From Nitrosopumilus sp. (GTDB taxonomy: Archaea; Thermoproteota; Nitrososphaeria; Nitrososphaerales; Nitrosopumilaceae), in NCBI GenBank assembly GCA_965224195.1, contig OZ245040.1, positions 1,824,001 to 1,888,000 of the forward strand: a DNA stretch of 64,000 nucleotides, read 5' to 3'. How positions within the stretch are numbered: the stretch's first letter is position 1; every line of letters begins with the position of its first letter. Positions 21,464 through 31,703 of the stretch are shown here, piece by piece. A program made the position numbers and the translations under genes. The notes below the pieces were generated by a model, which did not search any database, had not been told where the DNA came from, and worked only from the letters and a program-made list of their open reading frames with translations.

Positions 21464-21910
21464 CTATTTCCAAATTGTAATAGTTATTGATTTTTCTATA
21501 TTATTTCCTTCATCATTCATTCCTTTAACAGATATTTTGTAAAGACCTTCCAAAGATGTATCTCCGTCATTCTTTATTTGATCCCATGAAAAAGAAATTT
21601 CATCTCCAGGATCTAAATTTGATATCATCTGTACAGATACAGGAGTATACATCAGTATTCCAGATAGTCCAGTTATTCGAAGACCATATGATGCATCAGG
21701 AAAGGTTAATGGAACAGTTCCAGAATTTACTATTCTAATAACTATCTCTTCACCTTTTTTAAAATCAGATTTTTCAGTAACTATAGAAACTGATAGACCT
21801 TCAACAAAAACTAACTGACTAGTGCTTTTAACATCTATTAGATATATTCCAAAAGCAAGACCTGCAACCACACCAATTCCAATAAAGAGTACTAGACTTT
21901 TTGCTAACAA
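21464..21910 (-). CDS. Membrane-anchored Ig-like hypothetical protein
   Basis: N-terminal TM helix, beta-rich domain with SWDQ...EGLYKI. Confidence 0.7.
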   Translation of the reverse strand: MLAKSLVLFIGIGVVAGLAFGIYLIDVKSTSQLVFVEGLSVSIVTEKSDFKKGEEIVIRIVNSGTVPLTFPDASYGLRITGLSGILMYTPVSVQMISNLDPGDEISFSWDQIKNDGDTSLEGLYKISVKGMNDEGNNIEKSITITIWK

Positions 21911-21936
21911 TTCTTTTAAAATAATTTCTTTATTTT

Positions 21937-22938
21937 TTAATCCTTTGAAGGAGTTGATTTAGTTCTCCATTTTTTAGGATAAGTCTTAGGAGCCATAATG
22001 ATTCTCTTTGTTTCAAATGCATACCCCTTGGTTGCATCTTTAATTTCTTCTTCAGACATTGTGGATTCAGCCAATGCAACTGCCTCTCCTTTTTGTGTGT
22101 AAACTCCAACAATATCACCTTTTTTCAAATTTTGGGAAATTTTCAAAACACCGGGTATTGCAAGTTGTGCACCGTGACACATTGCATCTACTGCAGAATC
22201 ACGGATAACTACGGACTTTAATTCGCTTAATGCTAATTCAACGGGTTTGATCATTTTTATCAATTTACTATCATCTTTTGTCTCTTCCCACAATGCAAAG
22301 GCATCAGCAAGTTCGTGTAATGTAACTAGACCATCCTTTTCAGAAAATTGATCAACTCTGCTTCTCCTAAGTTCAACCATAGTAGCACCAGGCCCAAGTA
22401 CTTCACCAATATCATAGTATAGTTTACGAATGTAAGTTCCAGCTTCGCATAAAATTCTTGTTAAGAGTAGTCTTTCTTTTTGTTCTAACACTTCAAATTC
22501 ATATATTGTTCTTGTTCTAGTCTGTCTAAGAACAGCTGAACGTTGAGGAGGCTTTTGAAAAATTTCACCTTGGAACATTTCTACAATTTCTTTTAGTTTT
22601 TCTTTGGATGGAAGAGAATGTACTCGCCCCAATGCATGATATTCTTTAGGACCATAAAGTAAAACTCCCAATGCTTTAGTTGCTTCACCCAAACCTAAAG
22701 GTAAAACTCCAGAAACCTGAGGATCTAATGTACCACTATGACCAATTTTAGGAAGTTTCAAAAGACGTTTGGTCCAAGCTACAGTTTCATGACTTGTAGG
22801 GCCAGGAGGTTTGTCTAAAAGTATAATTCCGTAATTTAGTAATTGTTCAATTGTCCTTTTATCATAATATGTTCCATATGCATCATCAGTGATATCCTGA
22901 TCAATTTCAACAAGATTTTTAAGTTGTTTAAGTGTCAT
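21937..22938 (-). CDS. cbf5: H/ACA pseudouridine synthase Cbf5
   Basis: DKPPGPTSH, GHSGTLDP, GTYIRKL, PUA domain. Confidence 0.95.
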   Translation of the reverse strand: MTLKQLKNLVEIDQDITDDAYGTYYDKRTIEQLLNYGIILLDKPPGPTSHETVAWTKRLLKLPKIGHSGTLDPQVSGVLPLGLGEATKALGVLLYGPKEYHALGRVHSLPSKEKLKEIVEMFQGEIFQKPPQRSAVLRQTRTRTIYEFEVLEQKERLLLTRILCEAGTYIRKLYYDIGEVLGPGATMVELRRSRVDQFSEKDGLVTLHELADAFALWEETKDDSKLIKMIKPVELALSELKSVVIRDSAVDAMCHGAQLAIPGVLKISQNLKKGDIVGVYTQKGEAVALAESTMSEEEIKDATKGYAFETKRIIMAPKTYPKKWRTKSTPSKD

Positions 22939-23495
22939 AGTAATTTTCTCACAGTTTCTTTAGTTACATCAATAACTTGTTGGGCCGTTAAATTATCCGT
23001 GTTTATAATCAAATCAAACACAGACTTGTCTTCTCCAAAATCAAAATGGTATAATTTCTTGTATAACGCCCGATTTTTGTCAAATCGTGCTTTTGTGATT
23101 TCATAAGCATCTTTAGAACTCATACTGTCTCTAGTCTGCATTCTTTTAGTGCTGCTTTCATGAGAACCCTCAAGCCAGATTCGAATTCCATCTTTAATCA
23201 GCCAAGGCAAAGTGTAACTAGTAATTACCATTCCACCTTTATTGAAAAGATCAATTAATCTGTCATCTAATTTTTTATCAAATTCAGAATTTTGTTCACG
23301 TTGATTAAGAAACTTCATTCCTTCTTCAGTATCCCACCAATCATCACCTTTAGAATCAAACCCATGTTCATTGGCCATTTCTTTTAACACATCTCCTCCG
23401 CTAAGATACTTTAATTGAAATTCTTCTGCTAATCCTTTGGCAACAGTTGTTTTTCCTACTGCGGGAGGACCAGAAATGACAATAGATTTGGTCAA
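22935..23495 (-). CDS. cmk: Cytidylate kinase (archaeal type)
   Basis: ISGPPAVGKTT P-loop; canonical secY-adk-DUF106-cmk-cbf5 order. Confidence 0.88.
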   Translation of the reverse strand: MTKSIVISGPPAVGKTTVAKGLAEEFQLKYLSGGDVLKEMANEHGFDSKGDDWWDTEEGMKFLNQREQNSEFDKKLDDRLIDLFNKGGMVITSYTLPWLIKDGIRIWLEGSHESSTKRMQTRDSMSSKDAYEITKARFDKNRALYKKLYHFDFGEDKSVFDLIINTDNLTAQQVIDVTKETVRKLL

Positions 23496-24124
23496 CTGAG
23501 GTCCATAGAAGTTTTGGTGAGTCTCATAATTATTCCACTAAATGCAATAGATGAAAGGAAATACCAAGCCCAAAGATACAAAGCATTTTCTTTACCAAAA
23601 CAAAGATGTTCAGCATCTAATGCTTGTTCTGCAGAGCATGTTAACTGGAACATCTCTACAGGAATTACATTTAGAGGGATTGGGGAGAAAGCTACAGTAT
23701 AAGAAAATAGTTGCGGCAATACAAGATAGAAAATCAAAATTAAAGGAACAAAAGTAATCATCATAGGTCTCATATTCATCTGCATCATCTCCATGGACAT
23801 TTTGTTCATGTATGATGATTTTTTTCCTAGTTCTGCAATCTTTGCTTGATCTTTAGATCTCATTGCAGCCATTCTTTCTTTTTGCCAACCACGAGTTTCT
23901 TTCATAATTCGTTTTAGTTTTACTTGATCAACCATTTTCTTTCTAACTGCAGCATTGAAGATGTTCAGTAAAATACCAAATCCAGAAACAGCAAACATTG
24001 AAAGGATTACTCCTTTGATAATAGGATCATCACTGCCTAAAGCCATTCTACCATCACCGCCAAGGAAATCAGGCAGCTGGAGATGTATTACATCGATAAA
24101 GAGTAGAATAAAGTTAAAATCCAT
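23492..24124 (-). CDS. EMC3/TMCO1 (DUF106, Oxa1 superfamily) membrane protein
   Basis: TM-coiled coil-TM, RPMMITFVP, WYFLSS. Confidence 0.85.
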   Translation of the reverse strand: MDFNFILLFIDVIHLQLPDFLGGDGRMALGSDDPIIKGVILSMFAVSGFGILLNIFNAAVRKKMVDQVKLKRIMKETRGWQKERMAAMRSKDQAKIAELGKKSSYMNKMSMEMMQMNMRPMMITFVPLILIFYLVLPQLFSYTVAFSPIPLNVIPVEMFQLTCSAEQALDAEHLCFGKENALYLWAWYFLSSIAFSGIIMRLTKTSMDLS

Positions 24125-24126
24125 TT

Positions 24127-24714
24127 TTACAGTCCTATTGCATTAATGATTTTATCAGCCGCTTCATCAACCTTTCCCTCACGATTGAGGATGTATTTGA
24201 CTGGAGACCCAGAAATTACCATACAAGATGCAATAATTCCTGATTGAGCATCTAATTCTTTCTTAATATTGGCTAGAGTAATTTTATCTCGATTTCGAGT
24301 ATCATCAGACATTCGTCTATTGTAGATTTCTTCAGGTTTTGCAGAAACTGAGACAAAGTTTGTCGGTTGAATGATTTTGAGAACATGTTCAGGTAGACCA
24401 GGATAGTAGCCTTCTTCAGAACTAATGAATGCATGAGTGTCAATAATTACTACATCTTCATTATGTAAAGCAATTTTTTCTGCTGCAATTTTTTGTAATT
24501 TTTGTTGTTCTGAGACAGGTAATTTTCTTAATCCATCTCTATCTTTAAGACCATTTTCTTTTGCAACTTCAAACATTAGAGTTCCAAAACTCAAAACACT
24601 AACACTTTTTTTATGATTTTTTATAATTTCTGCCATTTTAGTTAGCAAGGTAGTTTTTCCAACACCGGGTATTCCTACCATTACGACTTTTTTATTTTCG
24701 ACCAAGCAAAGCAC
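24127..24714 (-). CDS. adkA: Adenylate kinase (archaeal type)
   Basis: GIPGVGKTT, IDTH, GYYPGLP. Confidence 0.92.
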   Translation of the reverse strand: MLCLVENKKVVMVGIPGVGKTTLLTKMAEIIKNHKKSVSVLSFGTLMFEVAKENGLKDRDGLRKLPVSEQQKLQKIAAEKIALHNEDVVIIDTHAFISSEEGYYPGLPEHVLKIIQPTNFVSVSAKPEEIYNRRMSDDTRNRDKITLANIKKELDAQSGIIASCMVISGSPVKYILNREGKVDEAADKIINAIGL

Positions 24715-26125
24715 CCAAACGTGGCATTACAACTTCGACTTGCTCTCTAACTAACTGTGTGTAATAGTTGATGAGAATATCTACCATAAGTAAAATACCA
24801 ATTCCAGAACCAAAGACACCAAGAACATCAGATACTCCTGCTAATAGACCCAAAATTGCAGAGCCAATAATTGTAACAGATGGAATATACTTGTTTAACA
24901 GTGCCTCAACTGGAGCGTTTGATCTTCTAAATCCAGGAATTTGTACATCTGCATCAAGTAAGTTTTGAGCTGCAGTCTTTGGTGATAAACCACCAAGTTC
25001 AACCCATAGTCTACCAAACACAATTACAATTCCAATCATAAATAGAACATAACCTACTGCACGCATTGGATCTAATGCTGCAACATCCAAACCTCTTGGT
25101 GGAGTGATGTAGTAGATGATACCCCCAACTGGAGTGTTTGGGCTAGTAGGATCAAATTGTGCTATAAAATTCATAAAGAAATTATTATTACGAGGGTTCA
25201 TGTTTGCCCACAACATCTGGAAAATGAAAACTGCGTTTGCAGTAAGTGCTGATGCTAAAATAACTGGAATGTTTGAGACATACATCAACTTGATAGGATA
25301 AACTGCTGCAAAGCCCCTGTATTTTGTTGAAACAATTGGAATTTCAATTTTGATACCTTGTGTGAATACAAGTATTAACAATATTCCTGCGGTAAGGAAC
25401 ATCCCAAAGATACTCGGTAATTGATTTGAACGGAATAGAATATTTGTGATATCTCCACTGCCAGTCAATGATTGAACAATATATGGAATAATACCAATCA
25501 TCCCTCCATCTCCAGCAGGTAACGGACTAAACATACTCCAAAGGATTTGTTGAGCAACACCAGCCATAATGAATAAACTGATTCCACTGCCAAGTCCCCA
25601 ACCTTTCTGAATTAGTTCATCAAGGAACATGATAATTATCGACGCCGCCATTAGCTGCCCTATCAGAACATACAATACGTATGGTTCTGTGATACCAGGG
25701 CCATAAACTGCTATAGCATATACAATTGATTCAGCAACAATTACAACATATGTTACCATTTTAGTAGCTGTTTGGAAGATGCCTCTCTCTTCTGGTTTTT
25801 TGAAATCAAATTTTAGAATGTCTGAACCTCTCAATAATTGCATCAAGAGTCCAGATGTAACTATCGGCCCTATACCTAATTCAACTAAGGTTCCTTGTTG
25901 GGATGCAAAAATAACTCTAGCAAATGCTAGAAAATCAAATTGAGGTGCAGTTGCTCCAAATAGAGGAGTCTGACCCATTATCATATAGATAAGTAATGCA
26001 ATCCCACACCAGAGTAATCTAACTTGTAATGGGATTTTCTTTTTAGGTTTTGGAACTTGTGGTAAATATGGTTCTGCTTTAAAAACGATTTTTCGAATAG
26101 TTGTAGTAAATGTGCCCTCAGCCAT
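24692..26125 (-). CDS. secY: Preprotein translocase SecY/Sec61alpha
   Basis: ELGIGPIVT, GLGSGISLFI, YVSNIPVIL. Confidence 0.97.
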   Translation of the reverse strand: MAEGTFTTTIRKIVFKAEPYLPQVPKPKKKIPLQVRLLWCGIALLIYMIMGQTPLFGATAPQFDFLAFARVIFASQQGTLVELGIGPIVTSGLLMQLLRGSDILKFDFKKPEERGIFQTATKMVTYVVIVAESIVYAIAVYGPGITEPYVLYVLIGQLMAASIIIMFLDELIQKGWGLGSGISLFIMAGVAQQILWSMFSPLPAGDGGMIGIIPYIVQSLTGSGDITNILFRSNQLPSIFGMFLTAGILLILVFTQGIKIEIPIVSTKYRGFAAVYPIKLMYVSNIPVILASALTANAVFIFQMLWANMNPRNNNFFMNFIAQFDPTSPNTPVGGIIYYITPPRGLDVAALDPMRAVGYVLFMIGIVIVFGRLWVELGGLSPKTAAQNLLDADVQIPGFRRSNAPVEALLNKYIPSVTIIGSAILGLLAGVSDVLGVFGSGIGILLMVDILINYYTQLVREQVEVVMPRLGALLGRK

Positions 26126-26543
26126 TTTCAGTTAACACTTCTCCCCCAACAGCTTTTAATTTTTCTTCAGCAGATGCAGTAAATTGTTGAACTTTGACGG
26201 AATATGCGTTTGTTATTTTTCCGCCACCAAGGAGTTTTTTGTGCCCTGCACTTACAAGGTCTACAATTTTTTTGCCTCCTTCTTCTTTACCGAATTTTAT
26301 GAACAGGTCATCTAAATCTCTAAGACTTGCCCAGTTTTTGATAATGTTTGGGTGAGGTGTTTTAGGTATATCGTGGCTGTAATGATCTGGATCTTCTTTA
26401 ATCATAGTACTTCTATGATGTTTCTTCATACCAGTAATTCCAAGACCACCTTTGTGACCACTTGCACGGTGTTGACCTACTTGTCCCCATCCCATGTGTC
26501 GTCCGCCTCTAAGTCGTCTTGTTTTTCGTAATCTAGTTGCCAT
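26118..26543 (-). CDS. rpl15: 50S ribosomal protein L15 (uL15)
   Basis: RGGRHMGWG...GHKGG, KLLGGG. Confidence 0.95.
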   Translation of the reverse strand: MATRLRKTRRLRGGRHMGWGQVGQHRASGHKGGLGITGMKKHHRSTMIKEDPDHYSHDIPKTPHPNIIKNWASLRDLDDLFIKFGKEEGGKKIVDLVSAGHKKLLGGGKITNAYSVKVQQFTASAEEKLKAVGGEVLTENG

Positions 26544-26544
26544 G

Positions 26545-27012
26545 TTAAATCATTCTCCTTACGATAGTGTCAAGTTCTTTGTTTTGTCCGAGAATACCTT
26601 TTTGTCCATAAAGTTTCTTTGTACTTCTTTTGAATCCATGTACAGGAGGTGCTAAAGCAAACCAAGGTTTTAGTGGTTTTAATTTTGATAATGTTGCTTT
26701 ACCTTCAGCCAAAGCTGCTCCCAATTCAGCAGTACTTGAAAATCCTAATTCTTTCAAATCTTCAGCAGTTACTTTTTGATAACCACCTTTTCGTGCTTTC
26801 TTATCTAACAATTCAGTTGCTAAAGTTGCATCAATTTCAACCCAAGAAACATAGTGTTGTACTTTTCTTAACATTCCCAAAGTATTATCTTTGGCAGGAA
26901 GAATAGTTGCACGGTATTTTTTATCTAATTTCAACAAAGTCATAGTAGTAGTTGCCCAGTATGGACAATCGGCTTGACCTTTTATTCTAACAACAAGATA
27001 TGCACTAACCAT
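26545..27012 (-). CDS. rpl30: 50S ribosomal protein L30 (uL30)
   Basis: VVRIKG...LAPP..G; position between S5 and L15. Confidence 0.93.
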   Translation of the reverse strand: MVSAYLVVRIKGQADCPYWATTTMTLLKLDKKYRATILPAKDNTLGMLRKVQHYVSWVEIDATLATELLDKKARKGGYQKVTAEDLKELGFSSTAELGAALAEGKATLSKLKPLKPWFALAPPVHGFKRSTKKLYGQKGILGQNKELDTIVRRMI

Positions 27013-27018
27013 AATTTA

Positions 27019-27765
27019 TCAACCCTGACTAAATGTCTGTCTAAGACAATCCAATACTGCTTTTGAAGTTGAGTTCATTGTTGGAGTAGAACCTTTAGCG
27101 GTGGTCCATGCATCTTTAAGACCGGCTAATTCCAATAATCGTTTAATTTTACCACCTGCTACAAGACCTAATCCACGAGGTGCAGGAATAATTTCAATTG
27201 TAACACTACCACCTTTTCCTTTTACTTTGAATGGTACAGAATGTTTCTGATCACATCTACATTCCCAACTACCACAGCCCATTTTGATTGGTTGAACATT
27301 AAGGAAAGCTTGACTAGTTGCTTTTTCAATTGCAATTCTCATTTGTTTTGATTTTCCTTGACCGATACCCAAGTATCCATTCTCATTACCAGCAGCAACA
27401 ATTGCTTTGAATCTAGTTGATTGACCATTTGAAGTCATTTTTTGAATGATACCTACATCAACTACCTCACTTTTCAAGTCAGGTAATAATTTTTTAATAA
27501 TTCCAGATTCCTGAATACGTGACCCAGATTCTATAATTTCTTCTAAGGATGTTATTTCTCCAGAATCAACTTGTTTTCCCAAGATAGTTTTTGGAACCCA
27601 AACTTCCTCTTCTTGTACTCTTCTTGGTCGTTTCGGACGTGCATCTTTAACTCCTCCTGGAGGGCCTCTACCGTATATTGGAGAACCTCTACCTCGTCCA
27701 CCTTGACCGGGTTTAAATTGTCCTGGTTTTGTTTCTCCTGGTTTTGATTGTGCTGTTTGACTCAT
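27019..27765 (-). CDS. rps5: 30S ribosomal protein S5 (uS5) with basic P/G/R-rich N-terminal extension
   Basis: WVPKT, GCGSWEC, PAPRGLGLV. Confidence 0.96.
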   Translation of the reverse strand: MSQTAQSKPGETKPGQFKPGQGGRGRGSPIYGRGPPGGVKDARPKRPRRVQEEEVWVPKTILGKQVDSGEITSLEEIIESGSRIQESGIIKKLLPDLKSEVVDVGIIQKMTSNGQSTRFKAIVAAGNENGYLGIGQGKSKQMRIAIEKATSQAFLNVQPIKMGCGSWECRCDQKHSVPFKVKGKGGSVTIEIIPAPRGLGLVAGGKIKRLLELAGLKDAWTTAKGSTPTMNSTSKAVLDCLRQTFSQG

Positions 27766-27767
27766 TT

Positions 27768-28250
27768 CTATTTGACCTCACTATCAATTACAGATTTTAT
27801 TTTTGAAACTTCATTTTTTACTGTTAGATGTTCACCGTTAATTCTTTCATTTGGTGGGAATGTTTCTGGATCAGCTGGGACTTCAAGACCTGCATCAATT
27901 ATTCCTTTGAGAGCAGCTGCCATTCTTTGAGTGAATCTTTTAGTTCCAGTATACATGATAGCACCCTTTGCACCTTTCCCCATTGCTTTCTTACCTGCTA
28001 AATAACCAGTTAGATATGCAGCAGGTACACTTTTTCTAGAACCTTTCCAACCTTTTTCAATTAGATATCTAGAATGAGCAGAAGCAATAACTTTGTCACC
28101 AGTCATACCAGGTGTTAAAACTTGGACTTGAGTATTTTCATTAGTAATATTTACAGTGATAAAATCACGTTTACCCATCAACATGGTTCCACGTTTTCTA
28201 TAATTGGTCTTTTCCTCTCTTAATCGTCTCAATATTTTCGAATAAGCCAT
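27768..28250 (-). CDS. rpl18: 50S ribosomal protein L18 (uL18)
   Basis: REEKTNYRKR, PAAYLTG. Confidence 0.95.
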   Translation of the reverse strand: MAYSKILRRLREEKTNYRKRGTMLMGKRDFITVNITNENTQVQVLTPGMTGDKVIASAHSRYLIEKGWKGSRKSVPAAYLTGYLAGKKAMGKGAKGAIMYTGTKRFTQRMAAALKGIIDAGLEVPADPETFPPNERINGEHLTVKNEVSKIKSVIDSEVK

Positions 28251-28286
28251 CTATAGAAACCGAGTTTGAATCTGCTCTTATATACG

Positions 28287-29201
28287 TTAAGCGTGAATTA
28301 GAGCAGCTAGTAAAGATTTCTGAGTATGTAGACGATTTTCTGCCTCATCCCAAACAACCGATTGTGGACCATCAATTACAGATGAAGTTACCTCTTGTTC
28401 TCGCTTTGCAGGAAGACAATGTAAAAAGATCGCATCTTTTTTTGCAGACTTCATTAATTTATCATTGACTTGATACTTTGGTAAGAATTTTTGTAATCTT
28501 TTTTTATCAAGATTATGAATCGATGCAAAAGTATCTGCAACTATTACATCAGCATTTTTAGTTGCAGTGAATGGATCTGTTGTTAATTCAAGGTGGGTAG
28601 ATTTTTTAGCTTGATTTACAACGGTTTTGTTTGGTTCAAATCCCTTTGGAGTTGCAATAGACATATTGATTCCAGCTAATGCTGCACCATAGATCATAGA
28701 ATTACAGACATTGTTACCATCACCAATCCAGGCAATTTTTAATCCCTTGAGTTTTTTCTTTTTTTCTTTAATGGTCATAAAGTCTGCCAAGATTTGGCAA
28801 GGATGAAAAGTATCAGAAAGACCATTAATCACAGGGACACTTGCATGTTCAGAAAGTGTTTCCAGTAATTTATGATCATATACACGTGCCATGATACAAT
28901 TTGAATATCGTGAAAGAGTTTTTGCAGTATCTTCTATAGATTCTCCACGAGACAATTGCATATCATTTGATGAAAGATTAACTGCATGTCCACCTAATTG
29001 ATACATTCCTATTTCAAAACTAACACGTGTTCGTGTAGATGGTTTTTGAAAAATCATTGTTAATGTTTTATTTTTAAGAAGAGGTTTGTTTCCACCTTTT
29101 TTGGGTTCTTTTTTCAGTTTAATAGATTCGTTAATTAATCCTACAAATTCCTTTGAGGACAATTCCGCTAAAGTGAGCAAATTTTTTGTTTTTAATTTCA
29201 T
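28287..29201 (-). CDS. argF: Ornithine carbamoyltransferase
   Basis: STRTR, HPCQ, HCLP, AENR. Confidence 0.96.
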   Translation of the reverse strand: MKLKTKNLLTLAELSSKEFVGLINESIKLKKEPKKGGNKPLLKNKTLTMIFQKPSTRTRVSFEIGMYQLGGHAVNLSSNDMQLSRGESIEDTAKTLSRYSNCIMARVYDHKLLETLSEHASVPVINGLSDTFHPCQILADFMTIKEKKKKLKGLKIAWIGDGNNVCNSMIYGAALAGINMSIATPKGFEPNKTVVNQAKKSTHLELTTDPFTATKNADVIVADTFASIHNLDKKRLQKFLPKYQVNDKLMKSAKKDAIFLHCLPAKREQEVTSSVIDGPQSVVWDEAENRLHTQKSLLAALIHA

Positions 29202-30460
29202 TTTTTAAAGAACCCGAACCTACCTTTCTTCTTTTTAGGTTCTTCCTTATCATGTTTTTGTATTTCTTCATTTTCAATATCATCTACATCACTGACTTTG
29301 TTTGATTCTCCAGGTTCAGGTTTATCATTTTTAATCCACTGACGAATATTATTACCCAAATGGATTGCATCCTTATCGTTTTCTGGGGGAGGAATATGAT
29401 ATAGTTCAGAATAAGTTGTAATGTCATCATCTTTGATTCCATCAAAGGGATCATCAGAACTAGATTGCAGTTCTGGTGTTGGTTCAGGTTCTGGTGTTGG
29501 TTCAGGTTCTGGTGTTGGTTCAGGTTCAGAAGTTTCTGCTACATCCACATTATCTAATGAACCAAAAACAGTTTCTAGAAACGTTTCCTTATCAAATGGT
29601 TTAAGATCAGTGTATTCTTGACCAACTCCCACATAGAGAACTGGAGTAGATGTTACTTTTACAATAGATAATGCAGCTCCTCCTCTTGCATCAGCATCAC
29701 TCTTAGTTAAAATCGAAGCATCAAATTTTACATGTGCATGAAATTCACGTGCTTGGTTTACGGTATCATTACCAGCCAAAGAGTCACCTACAAAAAATTT
29801 CATGTCAGGATTTACGACTTTGGTAATTTTTTCAATTTGTTGCATTAAATTTTCACTTGTCTGCATTCTTCCAGCAGTGTCAATTAGCACGACATCTGTT
29901 TTGTGAGATTTTGCATATAGTACTGCATCACGTGCAACAGCTGCAGGATCTGAATTATAATTTTGAGCAACTAGTTTCAAATTAAGACGATTGGTATGTT
30001 CTCGTAGTTGTTCAATTGCACCAGCTCGGAAAGTGTCAGATGCTGCAACAACAACAGAATATTTTGCTTCTTTTAACATATGTGCAACTTTAGCTAGAGA
30101 AGTAGTTTTTCCAGTTCCGTTAATTCCAACAAATAAAATCAAAAAAGGTTGGTCTTGTTTCTTTTTTTCATTAATTTTTTCAAAGATATTGTATTCTCCT
30201 GCTGCATCAAATAGTGTAGATATACTTGAAATCAAACTGTCTTTTACAAATTTTTCAATTTCATTCTTGTCAACTTTTGAACCAATTAATTTCTCTGTAA
30301 GATTATCTTTGATAGAATCAATTACTTCAGTAGCAACATCAGATTCTAAAAGGGATATTTCTAATTCAAACAGAATATCTTCAATATCTTTTTCATTAAG
30401 CTCTTTTTCTCCTAGGCTTTTTGCAGCATTTGTGAATGCGCTTCGGAGTTTATCAAACAT
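29198..30460 (-). CDS. ftsY: SRP receptor FtsY with acidic C-terminal tail
   Basis: GINGTGKTT, DTFRAGA, DTAGR, TKSD. Confidence 0.96.
   Translation of the reverse strand: MFDKLRSAFTNAAKSLGEKELNEKDIEDILFELEISLLESDVATEVIDSIKDNLTEKLIGSKVDKNEIEKFVKDSLISSISTLFDAAGEYNIFEKINEKKKQDQPFLILFVGINGTGKTTSLAKVAHMLKEAKYSVVVAASDTFRAGAIEQLREHTNRLNLKLVAQNYNSDPAAVARDAVLYAKSHKTDVVLIDTAGRMQTSENLMQQIEKITKVVNPDMKFFVGDSLAGNDTVNQAREFHAHVKFDASILTKSDADARGGAALSIVKVTSTPVLYVGVGQEYTDLKPFDKETFLETVFGSLDNVDVAETSEPEPTPEPEPTPEPEPTPELQSSSDDPFDGIKDDDITTYSELYHIPPPENDKDAIHLGNNIRQWIKNDKPEPGESNKVSDVDDIENEEIQKHDKEEPKKKKGRFGFFKK
29470..29529. repeat. 18-bp tandem repeat x3 (encodes PEPEPT in FtsY tail)
   Basis: GTTCTGGTGTTGGTTCAG repeated three times. 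Confidence 0.9.
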
Positions 30461-30463
30461 AGT

Positions 30464-30901
30464 TTATCCAGAAGTTGGAGGTTGTGATGGTTGTTGCATT
30501 GCCTGCATCATTTGATTCATCTGTGCTTTCCCTTGTTCTAATCTAGCAGAAGCATCTTGTTTTTTTGCTGCAGTATCTTGTAAGGCAATTTCAACTTCTT
30601 TGACTCTTGCTTCCAGATAGTTAATTGCAGAAGGAAAATCTTTTTCAACTGCAATTCCTGCACCGATATTCAAAACAATTTTAGAATTAGATGAAATTTT
30701 TGTGGGAACATATGCACCCATTCCTATTGGAACTAGAGTTTCAGATTCAGAATTTTTACCAAGTGATTGAATAGATTCGATTGAAGCAGTTGCCTCTTTT
30801 AAAATATTCATAAAAGTTGCTTCTCTTTGAGATAAATCAGAAAAATATGTTTCAAGCATTTGCATTTGCTGCATTAATTGCTCGGCCTGTTCTTCACTCA
30901 T
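30464..30901 (-). CDS. pfdA: Prefoldin alpha subunit (start reset to MSEEQ)
   Basis: LVPIGMG...IGAGIAVEK hairpins; adjacent to ftsY. Confidence 0.92.
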   Translation of the reverse strand: MSEEQAEQLMQQMQMLETYFSDLSQREATFMNILKEATASIESIQSLGKNSESETLVPIGMGAYVPTKISSNSKIVLNIGAGIAVEKDFPSAINYLEARVKEVEIALQDTAAKKQDASARLEQGKAQMNQMMQAMQQPSQPPTSG

Positions 30902-31004
30902 GTATAACAAACATCTTTCTGATGGATATAAATTCATTCATAGATTTTGAAAAACCCAACTAAAAATAGATTAAGAAAGATATAAAAAAAATAAAGATTT
31001 AACT

Positions 31005-31625
31005 TTATTTTGCTTTAGAGAATCTTGATTCTACTTCATCCCAATTTACAACATTCCACCATGCCTCAATATAGACAGGTCTTTTGTTTTGGTAGTTGAG
31101 ATAGTATGCATGTTCCCATACATCACAGCCTAGTAACGGCACTAATCCTACAGTTCTTGGACTAGTTTGGTTTGGCATTGATTTGTATTCAACCTTTGAT
31201 GTTGAAGGATTGTATACCAACCATCCCCAACCGCTGCCTTGAATTACAGCTGTAGTAGATGAAAATTTCTCTTTGAAGTCAGAAAAGCTTCCAAAGGAAT
31301 CATTGATTGCATCAGCAATAGATCCTCCAGGTTCTCCGCCTCCATTTGGTTTCATGTTATTCCAAAATAACCTATGGTTGTCATAACCACCACCATTGAA
31401 ATTAACTGCACCTCTTTGAGCTTCTGGTATTGAATTAATATCAGACAAGATGTCAAGGATATCTTTTTCTTGAATATCAGCAGGACATGCTTCAAGAGCT
31501 GCATTTAGTTTGTCAGTGTATGCTTGATGATGTTTTGTATGATGAATCTCCATTGTTTTTGCATCAATATGAGGTTCTAGTGCATCATATGCATATGGCA
31601 TTTCAGGAAGAGTGTATTTTCCCAT
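31005..31625 (-). CDS. sod: Fe/Mn superoxide dismutase (start reset to MGKY)
   Basis: HHTKHH, DVWEHAYY. Confidence 0.97.
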   Translation of the reverse strand: MGKYTLPEMPYAYDALEPHIDAKTMEIHHTKHHQAYTDKLNAALEACPADIQEKDILDILSDINSIPEAQRGAVNFNGGGYDNHRLFWNNMKPNGGGEPGGSIADAINDSFGSFSDFKEKFSSTTAVIQGSGWGWLVYNPSTSKVEYKSMPNQTSPRTVGLVPLLGCDVWEHAYYLNYQNKRPVYIEAWWNVVNWDEVESRFSKAK

Positions 31626-31703
31626 GTTAGACTTGATAGATTTATTCAATTTATTGGTTTAGTAAGCAATTCATTTTTACTTGTTAAATGGATTACAAAA
31701 TTT

